DNA of 64,000 nt from Octopus sinensis (taxonomy: Eukaryota): positions 41,478,001 to 41,542,000 of the forward strand of contig NC_043014.1 in NCBI RefSeq assembly GCF_006345805.1. The letters run 5' to 3'. A model generated the notes under the pieces. That model did no database searches and was not told the origin of the DNA. It saw only the letters and a program-made list of their open reading frames with translations. The translations under genes were made by a program, and so were the position numbers. Of the stretch, positions 52,041 to 63,510 are shown in pieces; position 1 is the first letter of the stretch, and every line of letters begins with the position of its first letter.

Positions 52041-52453
52041 CGGTGGCATAGCTAGGGTAAACCGTACCCGGAGCAAGCCGCAAAAATGCCTCCCCACCAC
52101 TAATTACAAGATCCACGATATTATATATTACTTATTTGTTTCAAGTAATTAATATTTTAAAGCAATATTTTAGGAATAAATACTTTGACAGGGTTCATTT
52201 ACTTGCCGGTTTGGTACAGCCTGTAATTCAAAATATATATTTTTTTATGTCTAGTTTTACGAAACTTCCTTATTTTAACCATTTAATGCACCAGCTTCCT
52301 CGATTGAAACCTTAAAAAACCTAATGTGTGAAATGAGATGTAATAAAAATAATACAATTGTTTAAAGTCTCCTCGTCCTTGCTTTTGATGAGGCGCCCCT
52401 TCTTCAATCGGCGCCCGGGGCACGGGACCCCTTGACCCCTTGTTACGCTACTG
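52041..52453. mobile_element. hAT-type MITE with 8-bp TSD
   Basis: Imperfect TIR CGGTGGCATAGC...GTTACGCTACTG; TSD CTAGTCAT at 52033-52040 and 52454-52461. Confidence 0.85.
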
Positions 52454-52486
52454 CTAGTCATATATTGTAATATAAGAAACATCAGA

Positions 52487-52865
52487 GGCGGCAAGCTGGC
52501 AGAAACATTAGCACGCCGGACGAAATGCTTAGCGGTATTTCCTCTGCCGTTACGTTCTGAGTTCAATTCCGCCGAGATCGACTTTGCCTTTCATCCTTTC
52601 GGGTTCGATTAAATAAGTACCAGTTACGCATTGGGGTCGATGTAATCGAATTAATCCGTGTGTCTGTCCTTGTTTGTCCCGTCTGTGTTTAGCCCCTTGT
52701 GAGCAATAAAGAAATAGGAAACGTTAGTACGCCGGGCGAAAAGCTTAGTGGTATTTCGTCTGTGTTTACGTTTTGGGGTCGATAAATTAAGTACAAGTTG
52801 CATAGTGGGGTCGATCTAATCGACTGGTCCCCTCTCAAAAAATCGGATATTGTGCCTGGATTAGA
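52487..52865 (+). mobile_element. SINE A dimer (long-tail unit then short-tail unit)
   Basis: Second unit restarts at AAAGAAATAG|GAAACGTTAG. Confidence 0.82.
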
Positions 52866-53291
52866 AGAAGAATATGCTAGTTGAAGGATTGCAGTGATAA
52901 TTGTAGCTTTCATACTATTGATAATATACGTTGGTTTGGAGCTGTGCGTGACTAGGTAGTGGTCCTGGAAAAGTGACTTCAGTTGTCGTTCTTATGCTAA
53001 GGAGAATGATGCTAATAGTGGAAGTATTGCAACAACAGAGGCGCACAATTGACATTGAAGTCCACAAGGCTTGTCAGCGAAGAACAGTCCTGGCCTCAAC
53101 AGTTAGGATATTCAGTTATACTTTTTAGCAAAATTACTTACTTGCTCTTTACTCACCTTGAATTTTTATTACTTACCTGCTTTTGATTCACCTTGTGGAT
53201 AATACTGGACTGGCTATGTGCATCAACTTAAGTACCTTATTCAACTGATTCTTAATTATTTATATATTTACATACACATATATGTATGTAT

Positions 53292-53323
<32 letters not shown>

Positions 53324-53693
53324 TGTTATTAGTCGTAAGACACCTTCTGTTTTTACCATTATTGCTTTTGTAGTTCATGTTTTTGTATTTCATTATTGTT
53401 TTTTGTTTTTTATATTCGTGTGGCACCGTCCGTTTTGCTGTCCCTGTGTTCGTATGCATTCGATCCTTCTTCCAGGAAATCTACGCTCCTAGCTTAGTTT
53501 TTCTAATGCTCGTTGCTTAGTTTTTCCTGGAGGGCTGGCCGGATCTAGTAATCTCAAGATTAATCAGCCGAATTACTACGATGATCCGGTTCTTGACTGA
53601 AGACTGAGGGCTTCGAATGTCCTGTCTGTGTTTGTTGTATCGTCTTCTAAGTGTTATGCGTTCTTGTCACAGCTTGTATTTTTTTTACATATC

Positions 53694-53773
<80 letters not shown>

Positions 53774-53777
<4 letters not shown>

Positions 53778-54110
53778 TGCAGCGTGGAAGGTGTTTATAA
53801 GCCATTTAAGAAACACACAAAAGCCGTTCGCGATTCACTTCAACATTTAAGTTTAATTTGTCAAAATATTTTCGTCGCTTTGAGACCGCGACCTGTTCAC
53901 TGATGCAGCACGGAATTTTGTCAGTGAACAGGTCGCGGTCTAAAAGCGACGAAAATATTTTGACAAATTAAATTTAAATGTTGAAGTGAATCTAACGTTT
54001 TTTGTGTGTTTCTTAAATGGCTTATAAACACCTTCCACGCTGCAATTGTTTTCGTTCCAGCAAACGATCTCAGATCAGGTCACCTGCTATGCAAGTACAT
54101 CTCCGTAATA
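53774..54110. mobile_element. Family H5: full unit on + plus inverted partial unit; arms 53774-53903 and 53921-54048, 17-nt spacer
   Basis: Arms are near-perfect reverse complements; (TA)n on both sides. Confidence 0.88.
53917..53967 (+). ncRNA. Hammerhead-like motif with C3G/G8C swapped core, family H5
   Basis: TTTGTCA GTGAACA G GTCGC GGTCTAAAA GCGAC GAAAA TA TTT/TGACAAA; 7-bp helix I, 5-bp helix II. Confidence 0.6.
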
Positions 54111-54194
54111 TATATATACACACATATATATAATTGCATACACGCATGTAAATATACATACACATGTACGTAAATATATATATATATATATATA

Positions 54195-54467
54195 TAATAT
54201 AATTCGAGACAAAACCACTATTTTAAAACCAAACAAGGAAAGACTTAATCAATACATAAAATTTTAATATAAATTAAAGTGGCGGTTTATTTAATATTTA
54301 TTTATTTAATTTATTAAAAATTTTATGTATTGATTAAGTCTTTCCTTGTTTGGTTTTAAAATAGTGGTTTTGTCTCGAATTATATTATATAATATTTTAC
54401 TATAAAATTGGATTTAACCCTAAATCTGATTTTTCCCTGTATTTTGGATTCATTCCCTAATATTTAT

Positions 54468-54471
<4 letters not shown>
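54195..54471. mobile_element. Family H1, second copy with the ribozyme region absent
   Basis: Full downstream unit on + from 54279, short inverted arm 54195-54273. Confidence 0.85.
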
Positions 54472-54554
<83 letters not shown>

Positions 54555-55584
54555 AAGGGATCGAAGAGCAATCAAGTGAACAGTTTCAGAATAGTGTTTA
54601 TGCATTAAATAAATAACTTGGTTATAATTTTCATTTTATTCTATCTTATTAGGGTTAACATTTAATATATTCTCGAAAACAATTTAATAAAGCTGTTTGA
54701 TTTCTATTGAAAGTTGTTCGGTCAAATTCGGAAAACCTTAAAAATATGGTGACACTTAATCGTTTAAGAGTGCATTTCACCCCAGGCGTCTAAGAATTTT
54801 TTTTAAAATTATGTCGTTTTAAAATAACTACTTTGGATTCTAATGTTTGAACGTCGGAGATTTCAGAAAGTGAAAAACATTTCAAATTTGAAATTTTTCC
54901 CTGAAAATAACGTAAAAAGTACATAAAAAGGCAATTATGAAAAAATCACTCCCTTACTTAAGAAACGGTATTTATGTATCAATTTCACGGATACGGAACA
55001 TACATGTCTTGTAATAGCTGTATTAGTTTTTAAAATAATAAAAGTTCTGTGTATTTAATTATGAATGTATTAGTATTGTACTCTTTCACATTTTGAAAAT
55101 TAAAAAGTCTTGTTGTTTCAATTTATTAAGGATGAAAATTTAATTACAATTTCACAAAGGAAATATACTTATATACATCAAATGCGAACAAAATATATAG
55201 TATTGTATACGCAAAAAAAAATTTTTTGTATGTGGAAACATAGATGTATTATAAAAAAAAAAACCATCGAAAGCAGACATAAATTTCTGAAATAAATTCG
55301 TTTCTGAGTCAGAAATTCTGACAGACAAAAAAATAAATAAATAAATAAATAAAAATAAAATAAAATTAAAAAATTAGGGAACTGCATATTGCGAAGCTCT
55401 GATATTTAAATCTTAAAAAAATAAAAAGGTTAAAAAGTGTCTTGCAAGTGCATGTTTAAACGAAAAGGTGTAAAATTAGCTGACATATGAATTTTAAAAT
55501 TGTGAAGAGCAGCATCTTAATGTAATACTGCATAAATCTGTCCCTAGTTTCAACTTAATATGTATATTTGATGTACTGCGTTTA

Positions 55585-55828
55585 CCGTAAATCCTCGAGT
55601 ATAATCCACATTTTTCCCCCAAAATTTAAAGGTCAAAATCCCTAGTGCGAGATTAAAAATACGAGGTTTAAAAATAAAAATTATTTTCTAAGCAATGTCC
55701 GAGTCTCTATTTGCTGTCCAGCAATGTTTATTCAGACGTATTTTGTGATGTCGGGCGCGAAAATACCTTAAGCTAAGACTGAAAGCAATGAAGTCATAAA
55801 AGAATCATCCATAACTTGCAGTAAGCAA
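55585..55828. mobile_element. Truncated pogo-type MITE (one TIR)
   Basis: Reverse complement of about 34009-34248; stops at the palindrome edge. Confidence 0.82.
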
Positions 55829-55940
55829 AATTATACCTGTTCTAAACATACCTGTTCTAAACAAAATGGCATTACTTTTTGACTCACCCTCGTATATGTA
55901 TATATATATATATATAAACAAAATCTATATAATATGTATG

Positions 55941-55983
<43 letters not shown>

Positions 55984-56343
55984 GTTATCGCCATACTAAT
56001 ATGGCATTCTTATAAAAATAAGAATAAAGCTGTCCGCTTATTAGCTCCATGAGGCCATCGCCTTAAGTTAGCTATTTGATACACAAACTGTATCCATATA
56101 ACCTTCGAACAAGGGAGGTCAGTCGCTCCACACTACTTGACCGGCAGCTACAGACGCAATACCCCGAAACGCGTCTGTAGCTGCCGTCAAGTAGTGTGGA
56201 GCGACTGACCTCCCTTGTTCGAAGGTTATATGGATACAGTTTGTGTATCAAATAGCTAACTTAAGGCGATGGCCTCATGGAGCTAATAAGCGGACAGCTT
56301 TATTCTTATTTTTATAAGAATGCCATATTAGTATGGCGATAAC

Positions 56344-56385
<42 letters not shown>

Positions 56386-56489
56386 CATACATACATATTA
56401 TATAGATTTTGTTATATATATATATATATATATACATATACGAGGGTGAGTCAAAAAGTAATGCCATTTTGTTTAGAACAGGTATAATT
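55829..56489. repeat. About 660-bp palindrome centred on a truncated hammerhead (spacer AATACCCCGAAAC, 56158-56170)
   Basis: Symmetry covers the family H7 element (55983-56346), flanking microsatellites and a mariner end; GAAAC GC GTC/TGTAG at 56166-56180. Confidence 0.88.
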
Positions 56490-56641
56490 ATCAGCACAGT
56501 AACATGTATCATGCAACGAAATGAAGCTGGTCGTCTGTCGATCACATCCCTACTCCTCAACATAGTCACAGTTTCTCACAATAGCAAAGTTCCACCTTCG
56601 AATGAGAGCCTGTATCTCTGCCCCGTAAAATTCTGTTGACT
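56441..56641 (-). mobile_element. mariner transposon 3' end with TIR
   Basis: rc STEFYGAEIQALIRRWNFAIVRNCDYVEE*; terminus TA|CGAGGGTGAGTCAAAAAG. Confidence 0.8.
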
Positions 56642-56669
56642 ACATATTATATGTATATATATAGATATT

Positions 56670-56723
<54 letters not shown>

Positions 56724-56825
56724 ATATAACGGGAAGGTTACGAAAATAATCAAAAGACGAAGGCAGGTGGATACAAACAAACAAATGTATTAGTATGGCG
56801 CTCAGGAATAGAAATAGAAAAAAGT

Positions 56826-56861
56826 ATTTTACGTTTCGAGCCTATGCTCTTCTACAGAAAG
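56826..56861 (-). ncRNA. Hammerhead-like motif, family H4; element about 56728-56900
   Basis: rc CTTT CTGTAGA A GAGC ATAG GCTC GAAAC GTA AAAT. Confidence 0.55.
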
Positions 56862-56897
56862 ATACACAGAAAAAAAAATGCGTGTAGCAGCTAACGA

Positions 56898-56942
<45 letters not shown>

Positions 56943-57017
56943 TTATATCTATCTATCTATCTATCATCTCTCTCTCTCTCCTCTCTCTATATATATATAT
57001 ATATATATATCTATATT

Positions 57018-57098
<81 letters not shown>

Positions 57099-57129
57099 AG
57101 ATGTGTATATATATCTATATATTAATGTA

Positions 57130-57290
57130 TATACGATGGGTTTCTTTCTGTTTTTGTTTACCAAACCCATTCACATGGCTTTGGTCGGCCCGGAGCTATA
57201 GTAGAAGACACTTATCTAAGGCACCACCCAGTGTAACTGAACCTACAATAATGTGCTTGGATATTAAGTTTCTTACCACATAATCATGTT
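57130..57290 (-). mobile_element. SINE B 5' part, decayed
   Basis: rc head and CORE-like block. Confidence 0.7.
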
Positions 57291-58016
57291 TGCATCAATC
57301 CACACACTTATTCTTCGTTTTGATTCTGAAATTCCGTTGCGACAAAATGTTTTTCAAGTTTTTCACATCTTAACATAGAAAAATCTGAAATTATTTCTTT
57401 TAGAATCTATATCTTATTATAAGTTAGAGTAGTCTTTTCCTACCTATTTTCCCCGCGGGCCCTACTATAACTTTCCAGAAAATGTATGCCTCACCGGTGA
57501 TTGGGGGGAGGGGGAGGAAATAGAACCAATTATTTTAATATTTTATCACAATTACTTAATGCGAAAGAACCTACCGGCATCTTTTTTATTATGTATTGAG
57601 TGGAGAAAAAAAAAAACTACATTATTGGATAAGATAAATCGTGATTTACTTTAATGAGAACCTCGCCACTACGACTGATTTACTTGATTTGAAGAGACAA
57701 TTTTTGGTTAACTTCAGTCGTAGCATTAGAATAGCGTTATATTCTTTTCTACTCAAGGCACAAAGCCCGAAATTTTTGAGGAAGGGGCCAGTACATTACA
57801 TCGACCCCAGTACGCAAATCGTACTTAATTTATCGAGTACGAAGGGATGAAAGACAGAGTCGACCACGGTGGAATTTGATATAAGCTAACCATATAATAA
57901 ATAGACATGTGTAATATCGATAGATTTAATATAACAATCTATAACAAAGTTGACTAAATATCAAATAATATAATACCTAATTAACTTAAAATTTAATATC
58001 ACAAATACATAAGCCA

Positions 58017-58058
<42 letters not shown>

Positions 58059-58144
58059 ATCCAAACATGTAAACACAAAGAGAAAGCACAACAACGCGAG
58101 GACGTGGAACAAGTATAGTATTATTGAACGCTCAGGAAAGGAGG

Positions 58145-58179
58145 GTTTAACGTTTCGAGCGGAGCTCTTCGTCGGAAAC
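58145..58179 (-). ncRNA. Hammerhead motif, family H3 (U4C); element about 58065-58255
   Basis: rc GTTT CCGACGA A GAGC TCC GCTC GAAAC GTT AAAC. Confidence 0.6.
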
Positions 58180-58619
58180 ATAGGAGAAGGAAAGATCCGG
58201 AGAAGGGAAGACAGAGCGAAAATAACTCGCCAACGGTACACACGCGGTGACATAATAAAAAAGAGAGATATAATAATTATCTATCGTAACTAATATCTAA
58301 CAATATATATATATATTAAAGTATATTTATTAATTAATTATTTTATTGTTCTAGTTTATTTTTAACCTGTGAGCGACTATATTTATATCGAAGTGATTTC
58401 TCTATTACAATAATCATTTATTAAATATAGCTACGAAACACGTGTCGTTTTTCTATCTATTACATACGTTTTTATTATTTTTTTTGCTATTTACTTAATC
58501 TTTGACATTTTATTGTTATTCTAATTTCAATTTTTCTATTATATGTAATTTTCTAGATGGTGTAATTTAATTGCTCATTTTGTATTGATATGGGAAAACA
58601 AAAAAACACACACACTCTT

Positions 58620-58745
58620 ATATACGACGGGCTTCTTTCAGTTTCCGTCTACCAAGTCCACTCACAAGGCTTTTGTTGGCTCGAGTCTAAATTAGAAAAT
58701 ACACGCTCAAGGGACTGAATCCCGAACCATGTGGCTGGGAGGCAA
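58620..58745 (-). mobile_element. SINE B 5' part, decayed
   Basis: ATATACGACGGGCTTCTTTCAGTTTCCGTCTACC...AACCATGTGG. Confidence 0.7.
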
Positions 58746-58778
58746 TATATATATGTATGTGTATATATATATATACAT

Positions 58779-58934
<156 letters not shown>

Positions 58935-59027
58935 TAAATATATATATATATACCGGAGTAAACACATAACTGTGAAACAAGGTGGAAAAGAGAGTACTCA
59001 AATACCAGTGGTAGAGTAATAACAAAA

Positions 59028-59065
59028 CTGTCCGACGAACGGGAACGTAAAACTCCGAGTAACAG
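59028..59065 (+). ncRNA. Hammerhead motif, family H2 (core lesions); element about 58953-59099
   Basis: CTGT CCGACGA ACG GGAA CGT AAAAC TCCGA GTA ACAG. Confidence 0.55.
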
Positions 59066-59098
59066 CTTTTGTTGAATTTCTCCTGCTTTTAAATAAAG

Positions 59099-59170
<72 letters not shown>

Positions 59171-59172
<2 letters not shown>

Positions 59173-59232
59173 CTTAAATCCTTAAAAATGTTTTAGCCCG
59201 AAGGCCGCGGCCATGCTGGGGCACCACCGCTG
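59171..59232 (-). mobile_element. Isolated CR1-type 3' tail (extreme 5' truncation)
   Basis: rc GCGGTGGTGCCCCAGCATGGCCGC GGCC TTCG GGCT AAAACATT TTTAAGGA TTTAAGGA. Confidence 0.65.
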
Positions 59233-59978
59233 GTGTATATATGTACAGATGCGGATTTATGAATTTTATGAAAATGAATTGTATGATTAACACGTAACAC
59301 ATTTTTTGATAGAAACCGGATTATTTCTGCGAAAGGCGATCAGCTCTAATTAGACGAGATTAAGTTGTTTATGCGGCGTAGCAAACAAATACTAGACATA
59401 ATCAATGTATTTGGTCAGAAGCACTTGTGGAATGTCTAACTACAAACATAATTTTTCGCTGAGATTTTCGAGCGGAGATTTTAGAGAAATACCAGACTGT
59501 TTGTGTTTCATTTGACTAGGCGCAAGGGATTTTATAATTTGATTATGATCATGTATGATTTCCTCTTATACGTTCATGCTTTTGCCTGTTCGTTTATTCT
59601 CTTATTTCTGTTTTATATGTGTATAATAAACATAATTCTGTATGTAATATGCATAATTCTGCGAGCATATGTGTCCGTATATATTCATGGATATACACGC
59701 ACATACACACACACACACGTGTGTGTTTGTGCTGTGTGTGTGTGTGTATGAATACAGAGTACATATGTTCAGATATGCATATATGTGTGTTGAGATACAT
59801 CTTTGAGAAAGAGTTCTATAATTCGCAAGCATACTCCTACGCACACATACGTACGCATGAACCCATTATATATATATGAAGAATACGAAAATGGAGATAT
59901 TGAAGTTAGTAAGAGCTTATTATCAGCTAAAATCGATCATTATCTCTTACAGCTACCTCTGTTTGAATTATATATATA

Positions 59979-60275
59979 TAATTCAAACAGTCTGGGTTTC
60001 AAGGGCCCACAGCTTTTTTTAATATTCTCCCAAAGAGTCTCAGGAACTTGCACAAAGTAATTGTAGCGGTTTTTAAATCAAAGCTGGACATCTTCCTGTC
60101 GAGAGTCCCAGATGAACCTACCTCACGGCAAGAGGTGCAAATGAGGGTAGCTATATCAAACTCCATTCTTCACCAAGTGTCACATATTAGAGGAGGCTCT
60201 TAGTAATAACAGTGTAGCACAAAACGGCGGTGCATCAGCATGGCCGCAGCTTTGAGCTGAAACAAGAAAAACGAA
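59979..60275 (+). mobile_element. CR1-like LINE 3' end (ORF2 C-terminus and 3' UTR)
   Basis: NSNSLGFKGPQLF/NILPKSLRNLHKVIVAVFKSKLDIFLSRVPDEPTSRQ...SNSILHQ with one frameshift; tail GGCGGTGCATCAGCATGGCCGCAGCTTTGAGCTGAAACAAG. Confidence 0.82.
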
Positions 60276-60334
60276 AAAACGAAGATATATATATATATAT
60301 ATATAAACATACACCCATACATACATATATATAT

Positions 60335-60386
<52 letters not shown>

Positions 60387-60559
60387 ATATATATATGCAT
60401 ATATATGTATATATACATATAAGTATTTATATGTATATGTATGTATATATACAAGCATTTGCTTAGTGCTTATCAACTTTGTGTTTCAAACAAAATGCCG
60501 CCAGTTCCTTTCTTGTCAAAACGTACGAGTTGGTATAAAAGCATTCCCGGACTAGTTCT

Positions 60560-61645
60560 GTAGTGCGCCACCAGATAGCAGCACCCGGTTGCATGCTCTG
60601 TGAGAACTAGCAATGACCTTCATGAGGCAGTGTGCAGGAGGGACATCACTACTTCCTTGATTGTCCGCATTTATGCAGTCTTATCTTTTAGTGGCTTGTA
60701 CGGTTCAATGCTTTCCTGTTCTTTGTCATCCACTTGTATATCCCCAGGTATGACAATATCTATGATCTTGGATCCTGTCATCATTTTCTCAACTATAGCC
60801 ATGTCTAGTTTCCGAGCATCCATCACTGTATCACACTAGATTGTAAAATCTTACTAGATCTTATACGGATTATGGTTTATGCTCATAGCATTTCAATGTC
60901 TTTCCAAGACCGTACTTCTCACACAATACTCATTGAACATACTCAGTTACGTTATCATGCCTCTGTTTGTATTCTTTTTGAGCCAGTTTGCTATACACAC
61001 AAACAATATGCCACACATACTACAAAGATGTGATTCATTACTCCTATGTATTTGGAACTCAGTGTAATTAGTTCACAGGACTTGTTCCTGAGCACTGCAT
61101 ATCAATACCTCAGTGCATATTAAGGCGGCGAGCTGGCAGAACCGTTAGCACGCCGGGCGAAATGCGTAGCCGTATTTCGTCTGCCGCTACGCTCTAAGTT
61201 CATATTTCGCCGAGGTCGACTTTGCCTTTCATCCTTACGAGGTCGATAAAATTAAGTACCAGTTACGCACTGGGGTTGATGTAATCGACTTAATCCGTTT
61301 GTCTGTCCTTGTTTGTCCATTCTATGTTTAGCCTCTTGTGGGTAATAAAGAAACAAATACCTCAGTGCATCCTTTGAGATCACATTTCATTAGAATACCC
61401 CCAGGTCTTGACTTTGTCTTTCTCTTTCATTTCTCTGAGATATTGCCCATACATAACTTTCATTTTCATTTTCAGTTGTTCAGTCTTTGTCCGCTGTCAT
61501 GTTTCTCAAACGCATTTGGGCGTATCGCAATTTCACTAGGTAGTGTATTACTAGTTCTAAAAAACAACCACCAAAAGTTCATTCTGCTGTTTCCGGAACC
61601 ATGCAAGGCTGTTTTTCTCATTGACAACACAGATCTTACAACCTA

Positions 61646-61647
<2 letters not shown>
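60560..61647 (-). mobile_element. R4/Dong-like LINE with restriction-like endonuclease, decayed 3' portion, interrupted by SINE A
   Basis: rc motifs KVMYGQYLRE, LKGCTEV..CSAQEQ, CSMCG, SKLAQKEYKQRHDNV (60942-60992), LDMAIVEK, IIDIVIPGD (60740-60766); 5' end abuts (AAT)n. Confidence 0.78.
61123..61355 (+). mobile_element. SINE family A, full length, with TSD
   Basis: TSD AATACCTCAGTGCAT at 61104-61118 and 61356-61370. Confidence 0.92.
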
Positions 61648-61679
<32 letters not shown>

Positions 61680-61680
61680 A

Positions 61681-61712
<32 letters not shown>

Positions 61713-61730
61713 AATTATTTTTATTATTAC

Positions 61731-61805
<75 letters not shown>

Positions 61806-61859
61806 CATTATTATCATTATTATTATTACTATTACTATTACTATTCTTATTATTATTAC

Positions 61860-61900
<41 letters not shown>

Positions 61901-62004
61901 TATTATTATTATCATTATTATTATTACTATTAATATTACAATTATTATTATTATTATTACTATTACTATTACTATTATTATTATTATTATTATTACTATT
62001 ATTA

Positions 62005-62040
<36 letters not shown>

Positions 62041-62065
62041 TATTATTATTATTATTATCATTATT
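61648..62065. repeat. (ATT)n tract (continues 62622-62785)
   Basis: Direct reading; source of the poly-Y/I/L ORFs. Confidence 0.95.
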
Positions 62066-62620
62066 GAGTGAGCGAGCAGAGCATGCCATCAAAGTGACAC
62101 TGGGGTAAAATATACGAAGCCCAATATACCCATCATGACTACCCGTCTGATAAAGGTACACCAGGCACATGCATCACAACCATATGTGCGCGACATGGTG
62201 ATCTCATATCAAGATAAAAACACACATGACCTTGCAGGTGGGGCCCAGTTAGAATTTTCTTCAGGTTGAGTAGCCCATCCTGCTCAAACGGTCCCTGAAT
62301 AAGGGTTGCTTTAGGATGTTGAACGAAACACCTATGTTTCCAGAGGTGAACCATTCAAACTCCAAAGAATCCCTCTCAACACATGGCCATGATGCTCCCC
62401 CACTACTTCTGCTCGTGATCAGAGATGCACATATCGTCAGCCACTAAGGGACATGCTCAACTGGTTAAGGTCAAACAACTGACAAGCAAATCTGTGGTAT
62501 TGAGCAGAATATTTGCTGTAGCCCATCTTTTATACCAAGACAAAACAATGTACATGATAACACTTCCAATCAGTTAAGATCAGAAGCCATGAGAGCCACT
62601 GCCTGGTACTGCATCAGGGC

Positions 62621-62621
<1 letters not shown>
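62066..62621. mobile_element. 556-bp complex sequence inserted cleanly within (ATT)n, probable (TAA)n-targeted retroelement piece
   Basis: Sharp boundaries ATT|GAGTGAG and CAGGGCA|TT; higher GC than flanks; no recognisable protein motif. Confidence 0.5.
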
Positions 62622-62700
<79 letters not shown>

Positions 62701-62731
62701 GTATCATTATTATTATTACTATTATTATTAC

Positions 62732-62786
<55 letters not shown>

Positions 62787-62852
62787 AGATTGAGTTTAAC
62801 TAAATATCTATTTTTGGGCTCAATGTGCTAATATAATATAATTTTAAAAAAA

Positions 62853-63092
62853 TGTTCCTTCTCGAGCCATGCCTGGCTCATGAGGGCCGGTTTCCCGGTT
62901 TCAGTGGCGTAGAAATTCCCCACCTGGACGGGACGCCGGAAAGTCACAGCGTTACTCATTTTTACCAGCTGAGTGAACTCGAGCAACGTGAAATGAAGTG
63001 TTTTGCTCAAGAGCACAACGCATCACCCAGTCCAGGAATCGAAATCACAACCTTACGATCAACACCCTAACCACTAAGCCTTGCGCCTCCAC
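62853..63092 (-). mobile_element. Mosaic SINE: D head with V-like block and E tail
   Basis: rc 5' matches 8313-8460; 3' end GCCAGGCATGGCTCGAGAAGGAAC matches family E. Confidence 0.85.
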
Positions 63093-63404
63093 TACAATAT
63101 AATACGCTTAGCTTTTTATCCAAGAAGATCATGTTTTCTGGATTAATTAACCTCACCTCTAATCTGATATTCATTCTTCCATCCATCCATCCATCCATAT
63201 AACGGTTGAACGACTATCATGTGTACAAGAGATGTGGGTACGAGCCCCACGGGCAGCCTTCGACTTTTTCTACCCAAATGAGATTTTCAACCCCGTATTT
63301 ATGTGTTATTATTTATACCTTTATCACATCCAGATTCAATTACAAAAAAAAAAAAAAATTCTCCGAAGTTCTCTCGAGTATTTATAAATTTTCACGACGC
63401 CAAA

Positions 63405-63510
63405 ATACATACATACATACATACATACATATATGCATACATACATACATACATACATACATACATACATACATACATACATACATACACACATACATAC
63501 ATACATACAT
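63405..63510. repeat. (CATA)n microsatellite
   Basis: Direct reading. Confidence 0.95.

Noticed and set aside
53135-53200. Cluster of four donor-like sites on the minus strand (GTGAAT, GTAAGT, GTGAGT, GTAAGT)
   Set aside because: Looks like a short degenerate tandem repeat; no supportable upstream exon.
53590-53630. CTGAAGA...TTCGAATGTC hammerhead candidate in a TA-adjacent block
   Set aside because: Lacks GAAA and helix pairing; the surrounding block may be another repeat but I cannot support a call.
61338-62108. 256-aa ORF, the longest in the track
   Set aside because: Mostly (ATT)n read as poly-Y/I/L; its start is the antisense strand of the Dong-like relic.
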